From: Candidatus Woesearchaeota archaeon
Lineage (GTDB): Archaea > Nanobdellota > Nanobdellia > Woesearchaeales > SKIA01
Length of the DNA stretch: 64,000 bases
Assembly (NCBI GenBank): GCA_046704725.1
Contig: JBJKRI010000006.1
Span: 160,001-224,000, forward strand
Reading direction: 5' to 3'
Positions 18,418 to 29,412 of this stretch are shown here, in pieces (the stretch's first letter is position 1; every line of letters starts with the position of its first letter). A program made the position numbers and the translations under genes. The notes under the pieces are model-generated. The model was given only the letters and a program-made list of their open reading frames with translations, made no database searches and was not told where the DNA came from.

Positions 18418-18864
18418 ATGGATTTTGCGTACGAAGGAGATTACACCTACGGTCACACTCGGGGCACCACGAAAGGTTATGTTCGGCTCGGAGAAGCGGG
18501 AAAGCTTGTTGGCATTGTACGAGATGACGGAGGGCAACGAAAGTTCCTCGTCGGCCATCACACAGACAACAGAGTAGAATTCTTCAAAATTCCCGAACTG
18601 CCACTCAGCGTTCGCTCTTTAGGATACAGCGCAAAAGGAACTCCAGACTCCAGCTACGATGCGCAGTGGGGAGTCATCCCCGTATTTTCAGACGTAGCAG
18701 TTTCATGGAGCAATGTACTCTTTGATCTTCGAGATGTGGAATCAGACCGAGACCTTGATTTCTTGGATGCAGTGGACTTGGATGACATTGTTCGCGCGTC
18801 CGAACAAATAGCTGAAGTCAATCCATCCACAGATACTGCATCTTTCCGACTTAATCCACTATAA
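18418..18864 (+). CDS. Hypothetical protein (cassette 2)
   Basis: Single ORF between sites 2 and 3; TTATAAAG begins 28 nt before the ATG. Confidence 0.75.
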   Translation: MDFAYEGDYTYGHTRGTTKGYVRLGEAGKLVGIVRDDGGQRKFLVGHHTDNRVEFFKIPELPLSVRSLGYSAKGTPDSSYDAQWGVIPVFSDVAVSWSNVLFDLRDVESDRDLDFLDAVDLDDIVRASEQIAEVNPSTDTASFRLNPL

Positions 18865-18937
18865 ACCCCATTTTCAATCGTGTTCGTCATGGAGTCAAAT
18901 GAAGTGCCTGAACTCCTGAAAGCATATCTGCATTTTC

Positions 18938-18992
18938 CCATAACATACGGGTTGAGCGAGTCGCTTGCGATGCGTGCTAGTCATTGTTAATG
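18938..18992. repeat. attC-like site 3
   Basis: CCATAAC-ATACGGGTTGAGCGAG-TCGCTTGCGA-TGCGTGCTAGTCATT-GTTAATG. Confidence 0.85.
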
Positions 18993-19104
18993 GCTGTCGT
19001 ATTGAACGTGCGCGGAGGTGCGGAGAGGCCCAAGAACACAATGTTCCCATTAAATAGTAGTTAGTTACCGGTATGTTTATAAGTACTGTTTTCTTTCCTC
19101 CTGT

Positions 19105-19596
19105 ATGTCGCTATTAGAGGAGTTAGTAGCTGAATACGCCCTTGATATCGATGGTGTTATTCTAGAGGATGTGGTACAGAAGCGATACTCCACACTCATC
19201 CAGAACGGATCGATAGACGCCATGACCTCGCTACGCGAAGCAACAGGAATCAACCCTGCAGAGGAGGTGGTACAGAACGGATACTCCACACTCATCCAGA
19301 ACGGATGGATAGACGACATGACCTCGCTACGCGAAGCAACAGGAATCAACCCTGCAGAGGAGGTGGTACAGAACAGATACTCCACACTCATCCAGAACGG
19401 ATGGATAGACGACATGACCTCGCTACGCGAAGCAACAGGAATCAACCCCAAGGTCCCAGAGGATGTGATACAGAACAGATACTCCACACTCATCCAGAAC
19501 GGATGGATAGACGACATGACCTCGCTACGCGAAGCAACAGGAATCATGCCGAATGAAGAGAATGCAAGAGCGTACGTCGCGCATCTCATGGAATAA
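19105..19596 (+). CDS. Helical tandem-repeat protein (cassette 3)
   Basis: Four ~32-aa repeats EEVVQNRYSTLIQNGWIDDMTSLREATGINP; TTTATAAG begins 29 nt before the ATG. Confidence 0.8.
   Translation: MSLLEELVAEYALDIDGVILEDVVQKRYSTLIQNGSIDAMTSLREATGINPAEEVVQNGYSTLIQNGWIDDMTSLREATGINPAEEVVQNRYSTLIQNGWIDDMTSLREATGINPKVPEDVIQNRYSTLIQNGWIDDMTSLREATGIMPNEENARAYVAHLME
19165..19545 (+). repeat. Coding tandem repeat, 96-bp unit x4 (last unit offset by +6 bp)
   Basis: Near-identical units start at 19165, 19261, 19357 and ~19459. Confidence 0.92.
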
Positions 19597-19632
19597 CTGT
19601 TACCCGCAAAAACGCACGAACACACGTATTGC

Positions 19633-19688
19633 CACTAACATACGGGTTGAGCGCGTCCTGATAGGATGCGTGCTAGTCGTTGTTAGTT
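19633..19688. repeat. attC-like site 4
   Basis: Same body as site 2; ends GTTAGTT. Confidence 0.88.
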
Positions 19689-19765
19689 GGTGTTGCTCTC
19701 GATAATTCTTCAATTTTTTCGTGTGAATCAATTTGATTTATATACTGTCTTTGCGTTGAGCCACT

Positions 19766-20203
19766 ATGATTATCCGTACTGCCACAATTGATGATTGTGT
19801 TGCTTGCGAATCCCTTAGTAAGATTCCTGAATTGTTAACTCCAGAAGGTCAGCACGTTGTCAAGGAGTACTTCGAAGTGCTAGTGGATGATGATGAATTG
19901 TTTATTGTAGCGGAAGAGCAACAGCAGATTGTCGGATATGTTGTTGGCGAGCCCATGAAAGCTAATCAAGCATTCATCAGTCTGTTGGTAGTTGATCCAC
20001 ACTTTCGGCGAAGAGGTATTGCGAAACAACTACTTGATGAATTTAGAACCCGCTGCGATACTAAAGGACTGAGATACATTTCATTATTCGCTCCTTCGTT
20101 CAATGAAGCAACGCTTGAATTCTACACAAAAGCAGGTTTCACTCGCGGAGAATCCTACATCTTGTTCAGCGAAAGCAGAATGCCCGATACCGAACAAAGG
20201 TGA
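19766..20203 (+). CDS. GNAT acetyltransferase (cassette 4)
   Basis: LVVDPHFRRRGIAKQLL acetyl-CoA motif; N..TLEFYTKAGF; TTTATATA begins 29 nt before the ATG. Confidence 0.9.
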   Translation: MIIRTATIDDCVACESLSKIPELLTPEGQHVVKEYFEVLVDDDELFIVAEEQQQIVGYVVGEPMKANQAFISLLVVDPHFRRRGIAKQLLDEFRTRCDTKGLRYISLFAPSFNEATLEFYTKAGFTRGESYILFSESRMPDTEQR

Positions 20204-20237
20204 AGGTCTTTGAGAGGTTTTCTGAAAGCACAATGAC

Positions 20238-20296
20238 AACTAACATACGTTATGGCGGACGCTTTGCGCCCGCGAACCATGGATGTTAGGCCTAAC
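20238..20296. repeat. Divergent integrase-proximal recombination site (attI-like or variant attC)
   Basis: AACTAACATACG start shared with the other sites, different body, ends in the perfect palindrome GTTAGGCCTAAC (20285-20296). Confidence 0.6.
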
Positions 20297-20355
20297 CGGA
20301 GACATTCCGGTTTTATCCACAATGAACTATTGAAGTTTGTTTCGAGCGGTGGAGC

Positions 20356-21195
20356 ATGGTTACAGAGGACGTCGAGCGCCGTCTGCTTAAGCAACTGGAG
20401 GATATCTGCGCTCTCAAGGGCCTAAGCGGCCAGACTGTCCGTGCGTACTCCTCAGTCCTGGCTCAGTATTTTGCGTATCTTCGACACAAGGAGACAAAAC
20501 TCGGCCATGAAAGTGTGAAAGACTACTTGCTAACGCGTAAGGTCAACCCGAATTCGTTGCGCCTGCACCGCGCGGCGCTGCAGTTCCTCTTCACCCACAT
20601 CCTGGACAGCCCGTTCTCCTTCAATCAGATACCGATCAAGAAAAGGCCAAAACAGCTCCCCAAGGCGCTCAGCAGGCAAGCGGTCAAGACGATGATCGAC
20701 TCGACAGAGAACCCCAAGCACAAGCTCATCGTGCAACTGCTCTATTCCTGCGGCCTCCGACTGTCGGAACTGGTCAATCTCCGACGGGACGACATCGATT
20801 TCGACCGCGGACTGGTCCATGTCAGGAAGGGCAAAGGCAGCAAGGATCGCTACACCACGATCTCGCAGTCCCTGCAGTCAGCTCTCCTCCGATACTACGC
20901 CACGAACACCTTCGCCACCCCCTATATCCTCGAAGGAAGGAATGGCAAGTACTCGAAGAAATCGGTGCAGAAGGTCGTCGAGCAGGCAGGCAAGCGCGCG
21001 GCCGTTAAAGCCACGCCCCACACGCTGCGCCACTCGTTCGCCACACACCTCTTGGAGGCGGGCGTCTCTTTACGCCATATCCAGCAGCTCCTCGGCCACG
21101 CGAGCCTTGACACGACCCAGGTCTACACCCACATCGCGAACAGCGACATCGCCGCGATCCCAAATCCATTGGACCGTCTCGAACGCAACGCCTAA
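20356..21195 (+). CDS. Tyrosine recombinase, integron-integrase-like
   Basis: Catalytic set GLRLSE, KGKGSKD, HTLRHSFATHLL, LLGH, TQVY; SAM-like N-terminus (LSGQTVRAY); no IntI-specific insertion visible. Confidence 0.92.
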   Translation: MVTEDVERRLLKQLEDICALKGLSGQTVRAYSSVLAQYFAYLRHKETKLGHESVKDYLLTRKVNPNSLRLHRAALQFLFTHILDSPFSFNQIPIKKRPKQLPKALSRQAVKTMIDSTENPKHKLIVQLLYSCGLRLSELVNLRRDDIDFDRGLVHVRKGKGSKDRYTTISQSLQSALLRYYATNTFATPYILEGRNGKYSKKSVQKVVEQAGKRAAVKATPHTLRHSFATHLLEAGVSLRHIQQLLGHASLDTTQVYTHIANSDIAAIPNPLDRLERNA

Positions 21196-21219
21196 AACCC
21201 GCGCCCCATTCTCACCCAC

Positions 21220-23148
21220 ATGCCATTCTCGCTCAAAGCGCCGTACAAACCGGCGGGCGGACAGCCCGAAGCCATCAAGGAGCTGCTGGAGGGCTACAAG
21301 AAGCAGGAGAAGCAGACCCTGCTCGGGGTGACCGGCAGCGGCAAGACCTTCCTGATGGCGAACGTCATCCAGGCGCTGGGCAAGAAGACATTGGTGCTCG
21401 CGCACAACAAGACGCTCGCCGCGCAACTGTGGAGCGAACTGCGCGAACTGTTCCCCGAAAACGCCGTGGAGTACTTCGTGAGCTACTACGACTATTACCA
21501 GCCGGAATCCTACCTGCCGCAGACGGACACCTATATCGAGAAGGACAGCAGCAAGAACGACGTGATCGACGCGTTGCGCTTGCGCGCGACGGCCAACCTC
21601 TTGTCGCGCGACGACGTCATCGTCGTGGCGTCCGTGTCGTGCATCTACGGCTTGGGGGACCCGGAGGACTGGGAGGAACTGAGCCTGCATATCGAGAGAG
21701 GAGAGAGCATGAATAGGCAAGGGCTCATCAAGGGCCTTGTGGACATGCAGTACGAGCGAAACGACACGCAGCCCCAGCGCGGACAGTTCCGCGTGACAGG
21801 CGACACGGTCGAGGTCGTGCCGGGATACCAGGACGAGCACGTGCGCATCGAATTGTTCGGCGACGAGGTCGAACGCATCAGCATCAGGCACCACGTCACG
21901 GGAGAGGAGATCGAGCGCGCCGAGCGCATCGTCTTGTTCCCGGCAAAGCATTTCGTGACGACAGAGGAGAAGCAAGAGCGCGCCATCGCGGGCATCAAGG
22001 AGGAGCTGGAGGGGTACTTGCCCACGCTCGGACCGCTCGAGCACGAGCGCCTGGAGCGGCGCACGAGGTTCGACCTGGAGATGATCGAGGAACTGGGGTA
22101 CTGCAACGGCATCGAGAACTACAGCAGGCACTTCTCCGGGCGCAAGGAAGGGCAGCCGCCGCACACCCTCTTGGACTTCTTCGGGAAGGACTGGCTGCTC
22201 ATCGTGGACGAGAGCCACCAGACATTGCCGCAGGTGCACGCCATGGCGCACGGCGACCGCAGCCGCAAGGAGCCGCTCGTGGAGTACGGCTTCCGGCTGC
22301 CCAGCGCTTTCGACAACCGGCCGTTGACCTTCGAGGAGTTCGAGGGCCGCATGCCGACAACAATGTTCGTCTCCGCGACGCCGGGCGAGTACGAGACCAA
22401 GACGAGCGGCAACCTCGTGGAATGCGTCATCCGGCCGACAGGGCTCTTGGACCCCCACATCACCGTCAAGCCCACGAAAGGGCAGATAGACGACCTCATC
22501 AGCGAGGTGCACAAGACCGTCGAGGACGGGAACAAGGTCTTGGTGACCACGCTCACCAAGAAGATGTCGGAGGATCTGACGAACTACCTCGCGCGGCGCG
22601 ACATCCGGGTGCGCTACCTGCACAGCGAGATCGAGACGCTCGAACGCACGGAGCTCATCCGGCAATTGCGGGCGGACGAGATCGACTGCATCGTCGGCAT
22701 CAACCTGTTACGGGAAGGGCTCGACATCCCCGAAGTGTCGTTGGTGGCAATCCTGGATGCGGACAAGGAAGGCTTCCTGCGCAACGAACGGTCTCTCTTG
22801 CAGACCATCGGCCGGGCCTCGCGCAACAAGGACGGGCGCGTCATCATGTACGCGGACAAGACGACGGACTCGATGCGGCGCGCCATCACCATAACGCACG
22901 AGCGCCGTGCATTGCAGGAGAAGTACAACACAGAGCACGGCATCACGCCCAAGACCATCGTCAAGGCGGTGCCCGAGCAGCGCGTGGCCATGAAGGACAC
23001 CAAGCACATCCCAGACGCTGATGTGGAGAAGACGATCGAATCCTTGCGCGAGGAGATGGCCGCGGCGGCCGAGCAGTTGAACTTCGAGCTCGCCATCGAG
23101 ATACGCGACCGCATCAAGGAACTGGAGAAACGGCTGGAGAAGCGATAG
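21220..23148 (+). CDS. uvrB: Excinuclease ABC subunit B
   Basis: GVTGSGKT, YFVSYYDYYQPESY, DESH, SATPG, GINLLREGLD; C-terminal UVR domain. Confidence 0.98.
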   Translation: MPFSLKAPYKPAGGQPEAIKELLEGYKKQEKQTLLGVTGSGKTFLMANVIQALGKKTLVLAHNKTLAAQLWSELRELFPENAVEYFVSYYDYYQPESYLPQTDTYIEKDSSKNDVIDALRLRATANLLSRDDVIVVASVSCIYGLGDPEDWEELSLHIERGESMNRQGLIKGLVDMQYERNDTQPQRGQFRVTGDTVEVVPGYQDEHVRIELFGDEVERISIRHHVTGEEIERAERIVLFPAKHFVTTEEKQERAIAGIKEELEGYLPTLGPLEHERLERRTRFDLEMIEELGYCNGIENYSRHFSGRKEGQPPHTLLDFFGKDWLLIVDESHQTLPQVHAMAHGDRSRKEPLVEYGFRLPSAFDNRPLTFEEFEGRMPTTMFVSATPGEYETKTSGNLVECVIRPTGLLDPHITVKPTKGQIDDLISEVHKTVEDGNKVLVTTLTKKMSEDLTNYLARRDIRVRYLHSEIETLERTELIRQLRADEIDCIVGINLLREGLDIPEVSLVAILDADKEGFLRNERSLLQTIGRASRNKDGRVIMYADKTTDSMRRAITITHERRALQEKYNTEHGITPKTIVKAVPEQRVAMKDTKHIPDADVEKTIESLREEMAAAAEQLNFELAIEIRDRIKELEKRLEKR

Positions 23149-23199
23149 CACACGACACTCCTGCACAAGCTTCAAAAACGGCCCCGCATTCGCGCTCTG

Positions 23200-25941
<2,742 letters not shown>

Positions 25942-26340
25942 TCACGCCGCACGATCAAGGACCTGAGAAATAAGCATTCTATACGCCTCTTGTGATTGCG
26001 GGCCATCGAGATGAGGGAAAATAGGCTCACCTGAAATGGTTTGATACGCGATCACGGACGGAATCTGATAGATGTGGGAGCGCATTTTCACCAGCTGCAT
26101 CACCCTTGGATCATCCATACCTTCACTGTCGAGATCTACCGCGTATGCACCCAATGGTCCATGCTCCGAAGCGAGAGCATCAGTCAACCTCTCTATCGCA
26201 GCCTGACTCTGGCTCGCCCACGAGGCGTAATACAAGACGACCGCAGCATTGAGCTTGGTGTTCGTGATCGCCTTTTCAAGCTCAGAAGGACTCTTAAGCT
26301 CCTTGAGCTCAATACCTGCAGAAGATTCCTCTTCCCCCAT
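25942..26340 (-). CDS. Thioredoxin-fold protein lacking CXXC
   Basis: VVLYYASWASQS in place of WCxxC; YAVDLD; IYQIPSVI cis-Pro loop. Confidence 0.6.
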   Translation of the reverse strand: MGEEESSAGIELKELKSPSELEKAITNTKLNAAVVLYYASWASQSQAAIERLTDALASEHGPLGAYAVDLDSEGMDDPRVMQLVKMRSHIYQIPSVIAYQTISGEPIFPHLDGPQSQEAYRMLISQVLDRAA

Positions 26341-26426
26341 GCGGACGCCGACACGTACTAGTATATAGGTGTTCGGAAAGAATACGTAGGAGAGAGCTTT
26401 AAATGAAGAGACCCTCGTGGCGTGGT

Positions 26427-27023
26427 GTGACAATCCGCCATCTCGTCTTCGACCTGTTCGGCACGCTGGCCGACAGCGATCCACGGCTGCTCTGCACGCC
26501 GCGCGGGCGGTTATTGGCGTGGGGAACCACGCGCTGGATGGGAAAGGACATCCCCGAGGAGCATTTCTTCGAGCAGTACTGCGAGGCGGTCGGCGGCATC
26601 AGCGAGGAAGAGCTCGAGGAATCCTTCCACGCGATGGAACAGACATTGCATTTCTTCGACGGGGTCAAAGGACTCCTGGAAGGGTGCAAGCGGCGCGGAT
26701 TGTCGCTGCATCTGCTCTCGAACACCGGAAAATCCGTCGAACGATTCATCCAGCGCGAGAAAGACACGTTCTCGTTGTTTGACACGCTCGCGCTCTCGTA
26801 TCTCACCGGACGCATCAAACCCGATCCCGACGCCTTCACCGGCCTGCTCAAGAGCATCGGCGCACGGCCGGAAGAATGCGTGATGGTCGGCAATTCAGAG
26901 ACAGAGGACATCGCGCCCGCACGGGAACTGGGCATGCGGACAATCCACTTCCAGGGACGCACACAAGGCATCACCGAGCTGAAAAACGCCCTCGACGATA
27001 TCCTGTCTATACATAATCCTTAA
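26427..27023 (+). CDS. HAD-superfamily hydrolase
   Basis: VFDLFGTL, LLSN, KPDP and MVGNS.TEDI motifs. Confidence 0.88.
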   Translation: MTIRHLVFDLFGTLADSDPRLLCTPRGRLLAWGTTRWMGKDIPEEHFFEQYCEAVGGISEEELEESFHAMEQTLHFFDGVKGLLEGCKRRGLSLHLLSNTGKSVERFIQREKDTFSLFDTLALSYLTGRIKPDPDAFTGLLKSIGARPEECVMVGNSETEDIAPARELGMRTIHFQGRTQGITELKNALDDILSIHNP

Positions 27024-27055
27024 ATATCTCGAAACCGTTATATCCGTTCCGATAT

Positions 27056-27553
27056 ATGAAACATCTCAAGACCCTCATCTACCACCTGCTCCTCGAAGGA
27101 CCGCACACCGGCTACGCCATGGCCAAGGAAGTGGAGCAGCGCACAGGCTGGAAACCGAGCTGGGGCAGCATCTACCCGTTGCTGGAGAGCATGGAAGCGG
27201 AGGGAAGCATCAGCGCGACGCAGGAAGGAAGAAGCAAAGTCTACACGCTCACGAAGACCGGAGAGAAAGAGGCGCACGACGCGGTCAGCCACAGCAAGGA
27301 GCTCATCGGCGCGGTCATCGAACGCATGAAGGTATTCCAGGAATTCAGCAACGAGGACCTGTCGATGCCCATCGCATTGCTGACAGAGATCCAGCGCACG
27401 GGGCGCAACCCGCTGCGGCCCATCAGCAAGAACTTCACGCCATTGCGCAACGAACTGCTACGATTGTGGCAAGCGGACCTCCTGCAGCCCAACGCCGAAC
27501 GCATCAACAAGGAACTGTCGGGGCTCACCGAACGGTTGAGGAGGATACGATGA
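27056..27553 (+). CDS. PadR family transcriptional regulator
   Basis: GYAMAKE...PSWGSIYPLL..ME.EG...KVYTLTKTG. Confidence 0.9.
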   Translation: MKHLKTLIYHLLLEGPHTGYAMAKEVEQRTGWKPSWGSIYPLLESMEAEGSISATQEGRSKVYTLTKTGEKEAHDAVSHSKELIGAVIERMKVFQEFSNEDLSMPIALLTEIQRTGRNPLRPISKNFTPLRNELLRLWQADLLQPNAERINKELSGLTERLRRIR

Positions 27554-28245
27554 CCGCACGAAAGAAGCCGATCATCACGCTCAAAGGAGTGTGGAAGACC
27601 TACACCATGGGGGACAAGCCCGTGCATGCGCTGCGCGGAATCGACCTCGAGGTGGAGCGCGGAGAGTTCCTCGCCATCATGGGACCGAGCGGCTCCGGGA
27701 AGAGCACCGCCATGAACATGATCGGCGCGCTCGACGTACCCAGCAAAGGAAAAGTGGTATTGGACGGCCACGATATCGCCACACTCACCGAGAGCCAATT
27801 AGCCCTGGTGCGCGGACGCAAGATCGGCTTCATCTTCCAGCAGTTCAACCTGCTCGGCACGCTCACCGCCAAAGAGAACGTGACCCTACCGCTCGTCTTC
27901 CAGAACATCCCCGCGCCCGAACGAGAGAAACGCGCGAAAGAACTACTCACGCTCGTCGGGCTCGGAGACCGCATGGACCACCGCCCGACAGAGCTCTCGG
28001 GCGGACAGCAACAGCGCGTGGCCATCGCCCGCGCACTAGCGACGGAACCGGAAGTCATCCTCGCCGACGAACCGACAGGCAACCTCGACAGCACCACAGG
28101 AGACACGGTGATGGACTTCCTGAAGGACCTGCACAAGAAACAACACACAACAATCGTTATGGTCACCCACGACGAGGACGTCGCGCACAACGCAGAGCGC
28201 GTGCTCGTCCTGCGGGATGGCCAGATACAAGGAGGAAAGAAATGA
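27550..28245 (+). CDS. ABC transporter ATP-binding protein (LolD/MacB type)
   Basis: GPSGSGKS, LSGGQQQRVAIARAL, LADEPTGNLD and VTHD motifs. Confidence 0.95.
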   Translation: MTARKKPIITLKGVWKTYTMGDKPVHALRGIDLEVERGEFLAIMGPSGSGKSTAMNMIGALDVPSKGKVVLDGHDIATLTESQLALVRGRKIGFIFQQFNLLGTLTAKENVTLPLVFQNIPAPEREKRAKELLTLVGLGDRMDHRPTELSGGQQQRVAIARALATEPEVILADEPTGNLDSTTGDTVMDFLKDLHKKQHTTIVMVTHDEDVAHNAERVLVLRDGQIQGGKK

Positions 28246-29405
28246 ACAAGACTGCACTGCTGCTCGTGCTGCTGGCGCTCGCAACGCCGCTGGTGGCCGC
28301 GCAGCTCCAGACCAGCACGCCGGTCGACGTCAGCCTGCTGCGCTACCAACCGGTGCCCGCGCAGGCCGGCGACGTGCTCGACGTGTACATCCAGATCGCG
28401 AACAACGGGACCTCGCAGGCAGGCGACGTCCAGCTCCAGATACTGTCGAGCGACAACCTGCAGCCCGAAGGGCAGAGCACGGTGGACGTCGGGACGCTCG
28501 CCGCGCAGAGCACGTACGTCGCGCACGTGAAAGTGCGCGTGGACGCTGCCGCGCCGGCAGGACCGCACATCCTTCTCGTGCAGACCAAGCAGGGCACGCA
28601 GAGCTGGCAGGACCACCAGCTCACCATACAGGTGCAGCCGACGCAGGCCAGCGTCTTCGTGGGCGCGGTGACGAGCACGCCAGCAGTGGTCGCTCCGGGA
28701 CAGGACGCGACGGTCTCTCTCACCATACAGAACCAGGCGGACCAGCGATTGCGCGACCTGAGCGTCTCGCTCGACCTGAGCAACAGTCCGTTCATCCCCA
28801 TGGACGGGACCGCGAGACAGACCGTGCAACTGGTGATGCCGAAGACGTCCGCCGACGTGAGCTTCCACCTCAGCGCGAAGCCTGGCGCGACGGCCGACAG
28901 CTACCGGATCCCCGTGACCATCACGTACCTCGACGAGCTCGGCGAGACCAAGACGCAGACCGACACCATCGGTATGCGCGTGGATGCGACGCCAGACGTG
29001 AAGGCCTATATCGACTCGGTCACCTCGCAGCAGGGCGGCGCACAAGTGTCCGTGCGCATCGTCAACCAGGGACTCTCGCAGATCAAGTTCGCCGAAGCGC
29101 ACATCGCGAGCGGCACGGACTACACGGTGCCGGACCAGGAACGCGACCAGTACGTCGGCAACATCGACAGCGACGACTGGGACACGATCCGATTCTCGGT
29201 GAAGACCACGCAGCAGCAGGTGACGATACCCATCACCTACAGCTACAAGGACAGCTTCAACCAGGAGCACAACGCGACCCAGAGCTTCGTCGTCGACATC
29301 CCCGCGCAGCAGGGCGGCAGCGGCGCGACGCTCTGGATTATCCTGATCGTGATCGTAGTCGGGGGCGGCGGCATCTGGTGGTACCGGAGGCGGCGCAAGA
29401 AGTAG
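28242..29405 (+). CDS. COG1361 S-layer-domain membrane protein
   Basis: MNKTALLL signal peptide; YQPVPAQAGD, YVGNIDSDD; C-terminal TM and RRRRKK; typical position between ATPase and permease. Confidence 0.8.
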   Translation: MNKTALLLVLLALATPLVAAQLQTSTPVDVSLLRYQPVPAQAGDVLDVYIQIANNGTSQAGDVQLQILSSDNLQPEGQSTVDVGTLAAQSTYVAHVKVRVDAAAPAGPHILLVQTKQGTQSWQDHQLTIQVQPTQASVFVGAVTSTPAVVAPGQDATVSLTIQNQADQRLRDLSVSLDLSNSPFIPMDGTARQTVQLVMPKTSADVSFHLSAKPGATADSYRIPVTITYLDELGETKTQTDTIGMRVDATPDVKAYIDSVTSQQGGAQVSVRIVNQGLSQIKFAEAHIASGTDYTVPDQERDQYVGNIDSDDWDTIRFSVKTTQQQVTIPITYSYKDSFNQEHNATQSFVVDIPAQQGGSGATLWIILIVIVVGGGGIWWYRRRRKK

Positions 29406-29412
29406 GTGAAGC

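Larger units (their letters stand above)
17386..21219 (+). mobile_element. Integron-like island: cassette array plus tyrosine recombinase, flanked by uvrB 5' copies
   Basis: Cassette region visibly lower in GC than the backbone; five attC-like sites; adjacent integrase; bracketing direct repeat. Confidence 0.8.

Noticed and set aside
19165-19545. CRISPR or DGR template/variable repeat interpretation of the 96-bp repeats
   Set aside because: The units are contiguous and in frame with no spacers, the differences are not adenine-specific, and no reverse transcriptase is present.
17468-20291. CRISPR array interpretation of the recurring ~56-bp repeat
   Set aside because: The intervals are about 550-760 bp and contain whole genes, and no cas genes are present; the pattern fits recombination sites.
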